The position numbers were made by a program, and so were the translations under genes. The notes below the pieces were generated by a model that ran no database searches, was not told where the DNA came from, and saw only the letters and a list, made by a program, of their open reading frames with translations. Below are positions 49,561 through 62,411 of a DNA stretch of 64,000 bases, piece after piece; the first letter of the stretch is position 1, and the number at the start of each line of letters is the position of its first letter. This DNA is from Mobula hypostoma. Its lineage: Eukaryota. The stretch is from the NCBI RefSeq assembly GCF_963921235.1, contig NC_086097.1:126544001-126608000 (forward strand), in the 5' to 3' direction.

Positions 49561-52500
49561 TTGGTCGTCCAACGTGCCTGTCATTCATCCTCAAGATTAC
49601 ACATTCCATCATTATCAGGTAAGTTCTCAGATCTGATGATCCTAAGATGTTGTGTTCCTTCCGTAAAGCCCTCTGCCTTAGCACCCCACTTCCCTTCTTT
49701 AACATGTTCCATAAAACCATGCTCTATAATTGACCATTTATGGTAGGTTTCTACCCTGAGATAATTTTCTTTGAGAGCATCCAACTGAAACACAATGAGA
49801 CATTTTAAAGCCATGTCATTAATGAAAACTACCTTTGCTGTGCATCATAGTAGCAGTTATACATCTTGGAAAGGGGCCCTTTGGCGCAACTCACGATACT
49901 AACAACGATAACTTTCTCAGTTAGTCCCATTTGCCTGCATTGGCCTCTCTAGGCTTTTCTTATCCATCAAACTCCCAAATGTCTTTTCAACAATGTAATT
50001 GCATCCATGTCTACCGCTTCCCTATAGCCCACCATCACCATACCAAATAGAGATATGGTGTTCATAATCTGGCATGACAAATTTTAGTTTTAATAATCTA
50101 TTTCGACATGATGATATGAATAGGTTACAGGGAACTAAGTATAACAAAGAGTTTTGATGTGATTACTGGAGAGCTAGCATTGGCTGCATAGTCTAAATGG
50201 CTTTCTATGTCATAAGGAAAATGTAGAGAAGAGACCTGGTTTATCTCACATTCCTTGCCTGTTTAGACAACTTGTCCTCTCTCACTGATTACTTTTGTAA
50301 ATAGTGCAAGAGGAAACAGAAAATCAGCAATATAAATCCTATATGTTAATGAGTGTGTAAATTCTGGTGTTTATCCACTTGTGAACAACACTACATCTCA
50401 TGCATATGTTGCTCAAAATGTTAGGACACCCAAGGGCAAAATCAGAATCAGAATTAGGTTTAATATCACTGGCATATGTTGTGAAATTTGTTGTTTTGCA
50501 GCAGCGGTACCTTGCGATACATAGTAATAAAATCTATAAATTACAGTAAGTATATATATTTTAAAAATTAAATTAAATTAATAGTGCAGAAAGAGAGGGA
50601 AAATAATGAGGTAGTGTTCATTGCCCATTCAGAAATCAGATGGCAGAGGGAAAGAAGCTTTTCCTGATACGCTGAGTGTGTGTACCTCCTTGATGGTGGC
50701 AATGAGAGGAGGTCAAATCCTGGATTATGGGGGTCCTTAATGGTGCCTTTTTGAGGCACCACCTTCTGAAGGCATCCCAATGCTCTGGAGGCTAGTGCCC
50801 AAAATGAAGTTTGCTGAGTCCTTTTTCCAACCCTGTGCAGTGGCCCCTCATCACCAGACAGTGATGCAACCAGTTAGAATATTCTCCACAGTACCTCTGA
50901 AGAAATTTGTAAAAGTCTTTGGTGACTTACCAATTCTCCTCAAACTCCTAATGAAAAATAACCGCTGTCATGTCTTCTTTGTAATTGCATAAATATCTTG
51001 GGCCTAGGATAGATCCTCAGAGACGTTGACACCCAGGAACTTGAAATTGCTCACCCTTTCCATTTCTGATCCCTTGATAAGAACTAGTGTGTGTTCCTTC
51101 GACTTCCCCTTCCTGAAGTCCACAATCAATTCCTTGGTCGTACTGACATCATGTGTCAATACTTATAAGATCAAGTTTGTTATTATGATACGACTCAACC
51201 AGCAGATTCTGTCTTGCTCCTGTATGCCTCCTCATCACCATATGAAATTCTGCCAACAATAGTTGTGTCATAGGCAAATTTATAGATAGTGTTTGAGCTG
51301 TGCCTAGCCACACAGTTGTGGGTGTAGAGTGAATAGGTCAGTAGGCTAAGCATGCAGCCTTTGAGGTGCGCTAGTGTTGATTGTCAGTGAGGAGGAGATG
51401 ATATTCCCGATCTGCACTGATTGTGGTCTCCTGATGAGGAAGTCAAGTATCCATTTGTAGAGTGAGGTACAGACGCACGGGGTTTGGAGCTTATAGATTA
51501 GAACTGAGGTTATGATGGTGTTAAACACCAAGCTGTCATCAATAAGGAGCAGCCTGAGGTGTGTATTACTATTATCCAGGTGATTCAAGGCCAAGTGGAG
51601 AGACAATGAAATGCCTATTGTGTAATAAGCAAGTTGCAGCAGGTCTGCATCCTTTTTTAGGAAGGAATTGATTTTGGCCATGGCCAATCTCTAAAAGCAC
51701 TCTAATGTCAATCAGAATTGTTTTCTTGCCCATAAAATAGCCTCCCATAGGTTGTACCTGGACCTCTTGTATATTTCTGGATCATCTGTCTTCAATGCCA
51801 CAGATACAGACATCATCATCAGGTGCCGTGCTCAGTTTGAGCTTTGACTGCCATGGCCCACACACTCCTGTTTCCGGTCAAGTGGATCAATTCATTGGTA
51901 TTCATTTCCAGTTCTCTGGCTGCTGTCTCCATCATCATTTGTCTTTGTCTTCCTCTTGCTTTCTTCCCTTTAATCTTTCCCATAATTACCGTGCATTCTA
52001 ACTCCTCTTTCTTAATCACATGTCCAACGAAGTTACGTTGCCTTTGCATGATCTCATACATTATTTGTCTTTTTGTGTTTGCTCTGTTCATGACATCCTC
52101 GTTAGATATTCGTTTCATCCGTGATATTCTTTGCATCTTCTTCAAAAACCACATCTCTGCTGCTTCAGTTCGTTTCCTCATGTTACTAGATATTGTCCAA
52201 CATTCTGAGCCATATGACATAACTGGATAAACATAACATTTCAGTACTCTGAGGCTGGTTGTCATGCCTAGTTTAGTGTTGGGCATTATACCCTTCATTC
52301 TCGTAAAGGTGTCTTTTGCCATCCTTATCTTCTTTTGATGTCCATATCGCACCTGCCATCTGATGTCACCCAGCTTCCTAAGTAGCAAAAGTTCTTTACT
52401 TGTTTTATGTCTTCCTCATATATTCTCAGCCTACAGATAGGATTCTCCTTCTTTTTGGATATCACCATACATCCTGTCTTTTTGCAGTTGATAGATAGAC

Positions 52501-53749
52501 CCATTTTTGCACTTTCTTCAACAACTATATCAATTAAGTTCCTCCATACTTGCAATTAACACAGTGTCATCTGCATATCTGAAATTATTGATGTTTTCAC
52601 CACCAACTTTGATTCTGAAGATGTCTCTTATTTTTTGTAATATTGTTTCACTGTACACATTAAATAAATCAGGGGAGAAAATGCACCCTTGTCTAATGCC
52701 TGTCTTGATTTTTGTAAACTGACTCACTTCTCCATCTATTCTTACAGTGGCAGTTTGTTCCCAGTACAGATTTCTGATTAGGTGGAGGTCTTTCGAATCT
52801 AGATCTAGAGTTTCCTGTAATATTTCAATTAACTTATTGTGCTTCACTTTATCAAATGCTTTTGTGTAGTCGATAAAACAAATAAACAAATCTTTTTGCA
52901 CTTGAATAGCTCATTCTGATAGTATCCTTAACATCAATGTTGCATTTCTTGTACCTTTGTCTTTCACAAAACCACATTGTTCTTTGCCTATTTCAGCTTG
53001 TATCTTACTTTTAGCTCTTGTCATCAAAATTCTTTGAAGTATCTTGGGGATATGACTCATTAAACTTATGGTCCCATGTAATTCACATTCTATTGCTCCA
53101 GCTTTCTTAGGAAGAGTGATAAATACTGATTTTTTTCATCTCTTCTGGTATTATTCCAGTCTCATAAATGTCATTGATTAAATCAGTAAGTTTTTCAATT
53201 CCATAATCTTCAAGGGTGATAATTTATTCTATTACTAATTCATCAGGACCTGCTGCCTTTCCTTTCTTCATCTTATTTATTGCATTACGAACTTCAGATT
53301 TAAAAATACTTGGACCTTCAATGTTTTTCTTAATTTCTGGTTTTTCAGCTCGACTGTCTTCAAACAATTCCTGAATATACTCAGTCCATCTGTTCATAAT
53401 CTCCTCTGTTTCCATGATAATGGTACCGTCTTTTGCTTTCAAACATCCACCTGAAGAACAGAGGAGCTTTTTACCAGTGATATTCTTGATTTGTTGATGT
53501 AACCTTTTTGGATCAGTTATAGGAATTCTTTCTATTTGCTCACATTCCTGATTTAACCATTCTTCTTTGGCTTTTTGACATAAGCTTTTAACTTTTTATC
53601 TAAGGACTTATATTCTATAGAATTTGCTTTCTTCCGTCTCCTTTCTTCCATTAGATTTTTGATTTCATCTGTCATCCATTTATCCTTTGTGTTTTTTTCT
53701 TTTTTAGGAATTACTGACTTTGCTCATTCTACCAAAGCACCCTTTAGAG

Positions 53750-54964
53750 CAGCAGTCCCCAACCACCGGGCCGCAAAGCATGCACTACTGGGCTGCGAGG
53801 AAATGATATGATTTGGCGATATGAAAAAGCTTTCCTCATTTTGGCACCTTTCCTCATTCCCTGTCACGGCCACTGTTGAGCCATTACGCATGCGAGGTCA
53901 TTACCCGCGCGTCATCCATGTCAGCGCGGGAAGAGGATCAACTCCTCGAGCTTGCAAATGACGGCGGGCTGAAAAGTATGCTTGACATAACATCTCTGCC
54001 GGCATTCTGGATCAAAGTCAAGGCTAAATATCCTGAGATAGCCACGAAAGCACTGAAAACGTTGCTTCCATTTCCAACATCATATCTCTGCGAAGCGGAG
54101 TTTTCTGCAATGAATGCAATAAAAACTAAATCACGGAACAGACTGGACATAAGGAACCCCCTTCGAGTATCGCTGTCTCTCATCACCCCTCGATGGGACC
54201 GTGTTGTTGCAGGAAAACAAGCCCAGGGCTCCCACTGATTCAGCGATATTGGTGTGTTGCAATGATTTTATATGTTCATATGGGGAAAATATGTGCTGTG
54301 TGTTTAATATCCAAACGTTACTTAAAATGTTATGATGCTATTGACTTACTTATATCACCATATAACAATTACAGCATGGAAACAGGCCATCTCTGCCCTT
54401 CTAGTCCATGCCGAACGCTACCCTCACCTAGTCCCACCACCCTGCACTCAGCCCATAACCCTCCATTCCTTTCCTGTCCATATACCTGTCCAATTTTTCT
54501 TTAAATGATAGTATCGAACCTGCTTCTGCCACTTCTAGTGGAAGTTCGTTCAACACTTACTTCAAGCTCCCCTGTCCTCCCCTGATAATTGACTTATCAC
54601 TATATTCATGCGAGGAAAATATGCGCTGTGTGTTTAATATTAAATTCGTTAGATAAGCCCTTTTAGAAATGAAATTGTGTATTAGCCACTTATCACCTAT
54701 ATTCCGGTCGTGATTAACACCACCACCCCTCCCCCCCGGAACAGAATTGGCAAAAACGATTTGTAGAAAAAAATCCGCAGGCAGACGCATGCACACTGGT
54801 GCCTGTGCAAGGCTTCATGGTCATTGTAGTCTTTCTTGGGTAAACACAACGTATTTGACTGCTACTCTTGTCCGTTGGCAACCTCACCCACCGGGTCGGC
54901 CGGTCTGCAAGAATATTGTAAATATTAAACCGGTCCACAGTGCAAAAAAGGTTGGGGACCCCTG
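53750..54964 (+). mobile_element. Non-autonomous hAT (Charlie/Buster-like) transposon
   Basis: Perfect 8-bp TSD CTTTAGAG (53742-53749, 54965-54972); TIRs CAGCAGTCCCCAACC / GGTTGGGGACCCCTG; ORF 53876-54238 encodes the hAT C-terminal dimerisation region (FWIKV...PFPTSYLCEAEFS...QAQGSH). Confidence 0.93.
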
Positions 54965-55338
54965 CTTTAGAGTGTTAAACTTCATTTCCACATGATTGCT
55001 ATCATCTTCATCAGATTCTATTTCTAGACTTTGAAATCTATTCCTTACTTCAATTGTAAATTTTTGTCTTAAGTTTTCTTCTTTAACTAATTGCGAGTAG
55101 TCAAGCGATTGTTCAGATTTTTGCTTCTTTAGTTTTTTAAGTTTTACTTTTACATGATATACTACTGGGCTATGGTCACTATTACAGTCTGCACCTGGAT
55201 ATGTTTTGCATTGAGTCACTGAGTTTCTAAATCTTTGGTTTATAAGAATAAAGTCAATTTGATTTCTAGTATTATCACCTGGACTTTTCCAGGTCCACAA
55301 GCGTCTTGGATGGTTTTTAAAGTAGGTATTCATAATGA

Positions 55339-57826
55339 ATTTGTTGACTTGTTTGATGTTCGTATTTCTGATCTTGATCACACATTGTGGGATGTTTGTC
55401 TTTCTGGAGATGACCATGCTTTCTGGCTTTTTGGTGTTGATTGGGAGACCTCTGAGATTACTTTCTGCTGCCACCATAGTGAGTAGTTCTTGAAGTTTTG
55501 TCTCTGAGTCAGCTATTAATACGATGTCATCAGCATATCTGATGTTATTTATATTATGGCCTCCAATTGTGAATGCTTTGATGTCTTTGATACTTCTCAA
55601 GATATTTTCACTATACAGGTTGAAAATATCTTGAGAAGTATCAAAGTATCAAAGACATCAAAGGAAATATGAACATCAAACAAGTCAACAAATTCAAATA
55701 TCTTGGCAGCCTAATAACAAGTGATGGCAGGTGCGACACAAATATCAAATACAGAATAGCAATGGCAAAAGAAGCTTTCCAAAAAATGAAGACCCTATTA
55801 ACAGACAGAAAGATGAGCACGTACACTAAAAACAGAATACTGCAGTGCTACATTTATTCTATCCTGACTTATGGAAGTGAATGCTGGACCATTTCCCCAG
55901 CAATGGAAAAGAGACTAGAAGCAGCTGAATTATGGTTCTACAGGAGAATGTTAAAAATATCATGGACCACACACACATCAAATGAAGAAGTTCTCAGAAG
56001 AGCCCAAGCAGTTCGATCACTCATACCAACAATAAGAGAAAGACAACTCAGATTCCTAGGACAAATCATGCGGAAAGATGAACTAGAAAAACTCATTCTC
56101 TCTGGAAAGATTGAGGGGAGGAAACCTAGAGGAAGACCTTGGCTTATAGAAACATAGAAACATAGAAAATAGGTGCAGGAGTAGGCCATTCGGCCCTTCA
56201 AGCCTGCACTGCCATTTATTATGATCATGGCTGATCATCCAACTCAGAACCCTGCACCAGCCTTCCCTCCATACCCCTTGATCCCCGTAGCCACAAGGGC
56301 CATATCTAACTCCCTCTTAAATATAGCCAATGAACCGGCCTCAACTGTTTCCTGTGGCAGAGAATTCCACAGATTCACCACTCTCTGTGTGAAGAAGTTT
56401 TTCCTAATCTCAGTCCTAAAAGGCTTCCCCTTTATCCTCAAACTGTGACCCCTCGTTCTGGACTTCCCCAACATCGGGAACAATCTTCCTGCATCTAGCC
56501 TGTCCAATCCCTTTAGGATTTTATACGTTTCAATCAGATCCCCCCTCAATCTTCTAAATTCCAACGAGTACAAGCCTAGTTCATCCAGTCTTTCTTCATA
56601 TGAAAGTCCTGCCATCCCAGGAATCAATCTGGTGAACCTTCTTTGTACTCCCTCTATGGCAAGGATGTCTTTCCTCAGATTAGGGGACCAAAACTGCACA
56701 CAATACTCCAGGTGTGGTCTCACCAAGGCCTTGTACAACTGGAGTAGTACCTCCCTGCTCCTGTACTTGAATCCTCTCGCTATAAATGCCAACATACCAT
56801 TTGCCTTTTTCACCGCCTGCTGTACCTGCATGCCCACTTTCAATGACTGGTGTATAATGACACCCAGGTCTCGTTGCACCTCCCCTTTTCCTAATCGGCC
56901 AGCATTCAGATAATAATCTGTTTTCCTATTTTTGCCACCAAAGTGGATAACTTCACATTTATCCACATTAAATTGCATCTGCCATGAATTTGCCCACTCA
57001 CCCAACCTATCCGAGTCACCCTGCATCCTCTTAGCATCCTCCTCACAGCTAACACTGCCACCCAGCTTCGTGTCATCCACAAACTTGGAGATGCTGCATT
57101 TAATTCCCTCATCCAAGTCATTAATATATATTGTAAACAACTGGGGTCCCAGCACTGAGCCTTGCGGTACCCCACTAGTCACCGCCTGCCATTCTGAAAA
57201 GGTCCCGTTTATTCCCACTCTTTGCTTCCTGTCTGCTAACCAATTCTCCATCCACATCAATACCTTACCCCCAATACCGTGTGCTTTAAGTTTGCACACT
57301 AATCTCCTGTGTGGGACCTTGTCAAAAGCCTTTTGAAAATCCAAATATACCACATCCACTGGTTCTCCCCTATCCACTCTACTAGTTACATCCTCAAAAA
57401 ATTCAATGAGATTCGTCAGACATGATTTTCCTTTCACAAATCCATGCTGACTTTGTCCGATGATTTCACTGCTTTCCGAATGAGCTGTTATCACATCTTT
57501 GATAACTGACTCCAGCAGTTTCCCCACCACCGACGTTAGGCTAACCGGTCTATAATTCCCCGGTTTCTCTCTCCCTCCCTTTTTAAAAAGTGGGGTTACA
57601 TTAGCCACCCTCCAATCCTCAGGAACTAGTCCAGAATCGAACGAGTTTTGAAAAATTATCACTAATGCATCCACTATTTCTTGGGCTACTTCCTTAAGCA
57701 TCAAAAGCATAGCCAGGTGGCTACACATCGAGGAAATGGAAGTCATCCAAAAAACGAAGGATAGATCTGCATGGAAAACCATGGTCACCGAAGTCCGCAT
57801 TGGATATGGTACCTAGACAGACAGAC
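55339..57826 (+). mobile_element. RTE-clade LINE B, 5'-inverted (twin-primed) insertion, split by a CR1
   Basis: 11-bp TSD ATTCATAATGA (55328-55338, 57827-57837); inverted RT part 55339-55620 (RYADDIVL), sense part 55664-56145 + 57700-57826, (AGAC)n tail. Confidence 0.88.
56146..57699 (-). mobile_element. Young 5'-truncated CR1 LINE with an uninterrupted RT reading frame
   Basis: ~485 open codons: NYRPVSLTSVVGKLLE, YLDFQKAFDKV, GVPQGSVLGP, FVDDTKL, LVRPHLEYCVQFW; (TTTCTATG)n tail. Confidence 0.95.
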
Positions 57827-60684
57827 ATTCATAATGACCTGATTATTCATTTTGCACCATTCTACCCATTTCTCACCTCTTTCATTTCTTTCCCCTAGTC
57901 CAAATTTTCCTATGGTATTTCCATCAGCACCTTGTCCTACTTTAGCATTTAGATCTCCCATGACAATAACAATATCTTGAGATTTGCATCCATTCTTTGT
58001 TTGTTCAAGCTCTTTATAGAATTTATCTATATCCTCATTTGTTCCATCTGTTGTTGCTGCCTATACCTGTATAACTGCTCAATCAAATGGTTGTCCTCTG
58101 AATCTAACAAGGAGCTCTCTTTCTGATATTGCCCAGTGTCTGACCTAAAACACTTATGGGATGTTCCACAAGAATAAATTAGTGTTTTATTTCTATTCTG
58201 ACATGTTCCAGCGCCTATCCAATGAACTTCGCTAATTCCCATGGTGTTAATCTTTAGTCTTTCCATTTCATTTATCACATTGTCCAATCTTCCTGCTTGA
58301 TATAGGGTTCTTACATTCCAAATAATTTGCTTTTGTGTTACTTGAATTTTATGAGCAGTAGCTTGATGACGGTCGGGGATCCTCTGCTGCCCAGAATCAA
58401 TCCTACCGAGCAAAGCATCTTCAGAATTGTCTTGAAGATCCTCTTGACGCTGTTGTTGTGTGATAGATTTTGTGAGTTTGACCATGGTTTTCTTAACAAA
58501 TAGATTCCAGGAAACTTAGTATCTAGCAACGGTGGTTTGCTATTGCCTACCGTTGGGCGAACTAAAGAAATCACCATTTCTCTTCCCAAATGTTCATCGC
58601 CTGTACTATAGCCGTTGACATTTGAGGTCCTAGCTCATCCTCCTTCTCCGTCATAAGTTCAGTTCTGAACCTGCCGGATCTGCCGTTGGCCTTCACTCGT
58701 ATCCTGAGCAGGAACCCTTGCAGGTGCTACCATTCCAGGTCAGAGCGGCCCCAGGAGCAATGAATGACTAAGGGGTAACTCCACTTTCCCCAAAGCTCTG
58801 AAAGTCCCCATTCAGAGCCTCATCACCGGTTGCAGTTTAGAGTCATACCTAGAACTGTATAGCCCTCAGCAGACTACAAATCTCCTGGTTCATTCACAGC
58901 TTTTGGTTTGGGTTTGTCTGGTATGTTTTCAAAGGCACACACTCATCCACACAGACCTTGATGAAGTTGATGACAACTGTGGCGTATTCATTCAGACGCA
59001 AAGATGAATCCCCGAATATTGTCCAGTCCACCGACTCAATGAAGTCCTGCAAGCAGTGCTACACCTTCCTTGATCATACCTACTTGGTCATCATCACTGG
59101 TACTGTGGTCTTTAGTCTCTGCCTGTATGCCAAGTAAGAGGACTTTCCAAAGTGGTCGTGGGATGGTACAGTAAGCATGGTGTAATAGTGGTCAAATGTG
59201 TTGGCTCCTCTGGTTCCAAAGGCGATATGTAGGTGGTAGTTGTTCAGAGACTTCTTCCAGCTGGCCTTTTTGAAATCCCCCGCAGTGTCACGGATAGCAA
59301 CTAGGTGTGCTGCTTTGTGACTGCTGATCAGTGTTCTGTTCCTCCAGTGCCTGATTGATGACGGCTAAGGGTGGAATGTATGCCGCTACCAGGACGACGG
59401 CAGAAAACTCCCTCGGCAGATAAAATGAATAACACTTGACCGTTAGAGGTTCCAGGTTGGATGAGCAGGAATGAGACAGAACCACAACGAGTTAATCATG
59501 AAGCATACGCCACCCTTCTACCCTTAAAAGACTGAGCTGTTCTGTCTTTGCAGTGAACAATGCAGCCCTTGGGCTGCAGTACCACATCCAAAATGGTGAG
59601 GGTGAGCCTCCTTTCCATGAAGCAAAGTACACTGCAGTCCCTGATGTCCTTCCAGCACTGCAATCTTGGTCTTAGGTTTTCAGTTTTATTTCCAGAGGCT
59701 GTACATTTGTCAGCAGAATAGTAGGCAGTAGGGGTTTAAGGGCTCTGTGCTTCCATCGTACCAGCAGACCGGCTCGCTTTCCATGCTTCCTTTCTCTTAA
59801 AGGGAAACTGCACTCGCGACCTGAGTCTGCTGTCCAGGGTCTGCCAATTTTGAGAATCAATAGGTTTCTTAAACATCTTAAAGTGATGCAGCTTACTGAA
59901 GTACCCATGGGTAGTAGTCCTAACTGGGAATATTTGATGAGGTCCATTGGAGCTGCACGCATAAAAGTTGCCACTTAATGGAACATCTTACCGAATTGAT
60001 CTTTGACTGCGATATTGGCATCCGAATTTACACCACACCCAGATTTATTTAAAATGCAAAATCTGGTACTGTGGCACCCTATTACCGCTTTGAAAAGTGC
60101 ACTCAACCTAAGTAGTGGAGATCTCCAGTGTATTCCATGAGCAGTATGTCGTACATTCTCCAGATTCCAAACGTAACCCCGTTTACTGTAGCTCCATCCT
60201 GTGATTCCCCTCTGCTTGTATGATGACAGATCCCCTGACGTTCCCTGACTCAGAGTGGAGGATCTTCCAAACACCAGAGATGATCTCTGGTGTTTGGAGG
60301 TACAAATCCCATTCGCGCTCCAGGAGGAGAGAGGTTTAGTTTAAATTCAAATGACTTCCAATTTGATAGGCTGAACCTGTCATCCTGGCAACTCATAAAC
60401 CTTGGAAAGAATGTGTAGCAGTGGAAACATGGGAAAGTGCCAAGATATTACACCGATCTCACTCTGGAAAGCAGCAAAGAGACCAGTGGGGAACGTGGCA
60501 GCTCATATAGAAAAATCACTTATAGATAAATTTCCAAAGTGTTCAGTTGGTGGGAATAAACTTTTATTCAGAACTCTTGAAAACTCCCTGTGTAATTAGT
60601 GCAAGACTGAATCATCGAAAATGATAAGTAAGTTCCCTGACTTTGCACTTACAGCAATTAGTTACTGCAATAGACTCATAACAC

Positions 60685-61290
60685 ATCATATCCTTCTACG
60701 GATGTGCAGTAGAGAGCATCCGAACATGCTACATCACTGCTTAGTACAGAAACTGCACTGTGGCAGACAGGAGGGCTCTACAATGGGTAGTCAAAACTGC
60801 CCAACACATCACTGGTACCAGCCTACCCGCCATCGAGGATATATATACAGAAAGCCGCTGGTAAATGGACAGTAACATCATCGATGTTCCCACCCACCCT
60901 GCTCACGGACTGTTTGTCCTTCTCCCATCAGGGAGGAGGCTACATAGCATCCACGCCAAGACCACCAGGCTCAAAAACAGTTATTTTCCCCAAGCAGTAA
61001 GGCTGATCAACACCTCCACCCACTAACCCCCCGCCTCACACCTCCCACCAGCACTACTTTATCATTTCCTGTCAGTCATCTTATCTACAGACAATCCTGT
61101 GCCTAGCATCACTTGATGGACATACAATCAATCTATGTATAGAAGCTACCCTTTGTATTTATACTGTCTTAATTGTGATTTTTTATTATTGTGTTCTTTA
61201 TCTTATTTTTTTGTGCTGCATCAGATCTGGAGTAACAATTCTTTCATTCTCCTTTACACTTGTGTAAATGAAAATGACATTTAACAACAA
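60685..61290 (+). mobile_element. Rex1/Babar LINE 3' end
   Basis: Decayed Rex1 C-terminus (CTCCCATCAGGGAGGAGGCTAC, TTCCCCAAGCAGTAAGGCTG) and 3' UTR. Confidence 0.7.
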
Positions 61291-62411
61291 CCTTGAATAA
61301 TCATTACAGTTAATGCCAATTATCCGGACCTTAAAAGAGACTCCAAATGATCCTTCCACTTTGAACAGGGCAGTTTAGAATACTGTCTGTTCTAGTCAAA
61401 ACAATGCATGTGTATTTTTTATACAAAACCTCATGTTTCAGATTAAAAATTCAAGATTCAAAGTGTATTTATTATCAAAGAATGTATAAGTTATACAACC
61501 TTGAGATTTGTCTGCTTACAGGCAGCCACAAAGCAAGAAACTCGAAAGAACCCAACCAAAAATAAATAAAGACCAACACCCAATGTGCAGAGAAAGGAGA
61601 AAAATACACAATTCATGCACGCAATAGAAGCAAGCAACAACATTCTGAACCAAATTGAGCCCTTGGATCCAAATCCCAGGAGTAGGCCCAAGCCTTGGTC
61701 TCAGTTCATCATATTAGCGGGGCAAGTCGCTGTGAAGCTCACAGACATGAAGTACAACAAATGGGGCAGTCTCACAGCCTCAGCGTCACCGAGAGAGGAG
61801 TGAACATTGCAGGAGAGAGATGTAAATACAAATGCCTTCCAAACAATACCTACAGATCATTGTTGCCATCCCCCACAGATTCCTAATAGGCATACCACAG
61901 TAAAAAGGAAGACACAACAATTGACATACATTGCCGAAGAATGATGCAGATATAAATCTTTGAGCATATTATGCTGACTGGATCACTATGACTCACTTTG
62001 CCCTGCCCAGCATATAAAGACTTCCCTTCATAAAAAGAAACACCTTAATCAGCAATTTATGGTCCCTTTTGCAGATAGGCTGGGAAATACCTTCAGTAGA
62101 ATGCATAAATGCCACTTAATCCTGCAGACTTAAATGACAATTACCTGTAGAGTTTCTCTTTCAAGATTAATCAATGTCGTTTTAATTTACACAAGTGTAA
62201 AGAAGAACAAAATAATTGTTACTCTGGATCCGATGCACAAAAAACACAATAAAATAAAGAATATAAGAATAAAAAAACACAGTAACTATAAATATGTAAG
62301 ATAGCTTACATAAGCAGCAGAACACCCTTTCCAACAGGCTCACTCAGCTCCACCGTCACAAGGATTTTTACAAAAAATCTTTCCTACCAAATGCAGTAAG
62401 CATATACAACA

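Larger units (their letters stand above)
51811..58858 (-). mobile_element. RTE-clade LINE A, near full length and decayed (segments 51811-53749, 54965-55338, 57827-58858)
   Basis: (TGA)n tail; RT CFIDYTKAFDKV, RQGCIFSPDLFNVYSE, RYADDTVL; endonuclease WNVRTLYQAGRL and WTWKSPGDNTRNQIDFI; frames rejoin across both nested insertions. Confidence 0.92.
50438..59900 (-). mobile_element. Near-full-length Rex1/Babar LINE (50438-51808 + 58860-59900) hosting a nested stack
   Basis: Tail at 50438; RT LLLIDDSLVFNTIITSVLI; endonuclease FYLPREFSAVVLVAAYIPP and LPTILLTNVQPLEIKL; the sequence rejoins across the RTE insertion (gccacagat...tagccctcagcag). Confidence 0.82.

Noticed and set aside
54884..55600. 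238-aa ORF with RT followed by endonuclease motifs
   Set aside because: Artefact of nesting: inverted RTE-B RT, RTE-A endonuclease and hAT end are read through in one frame
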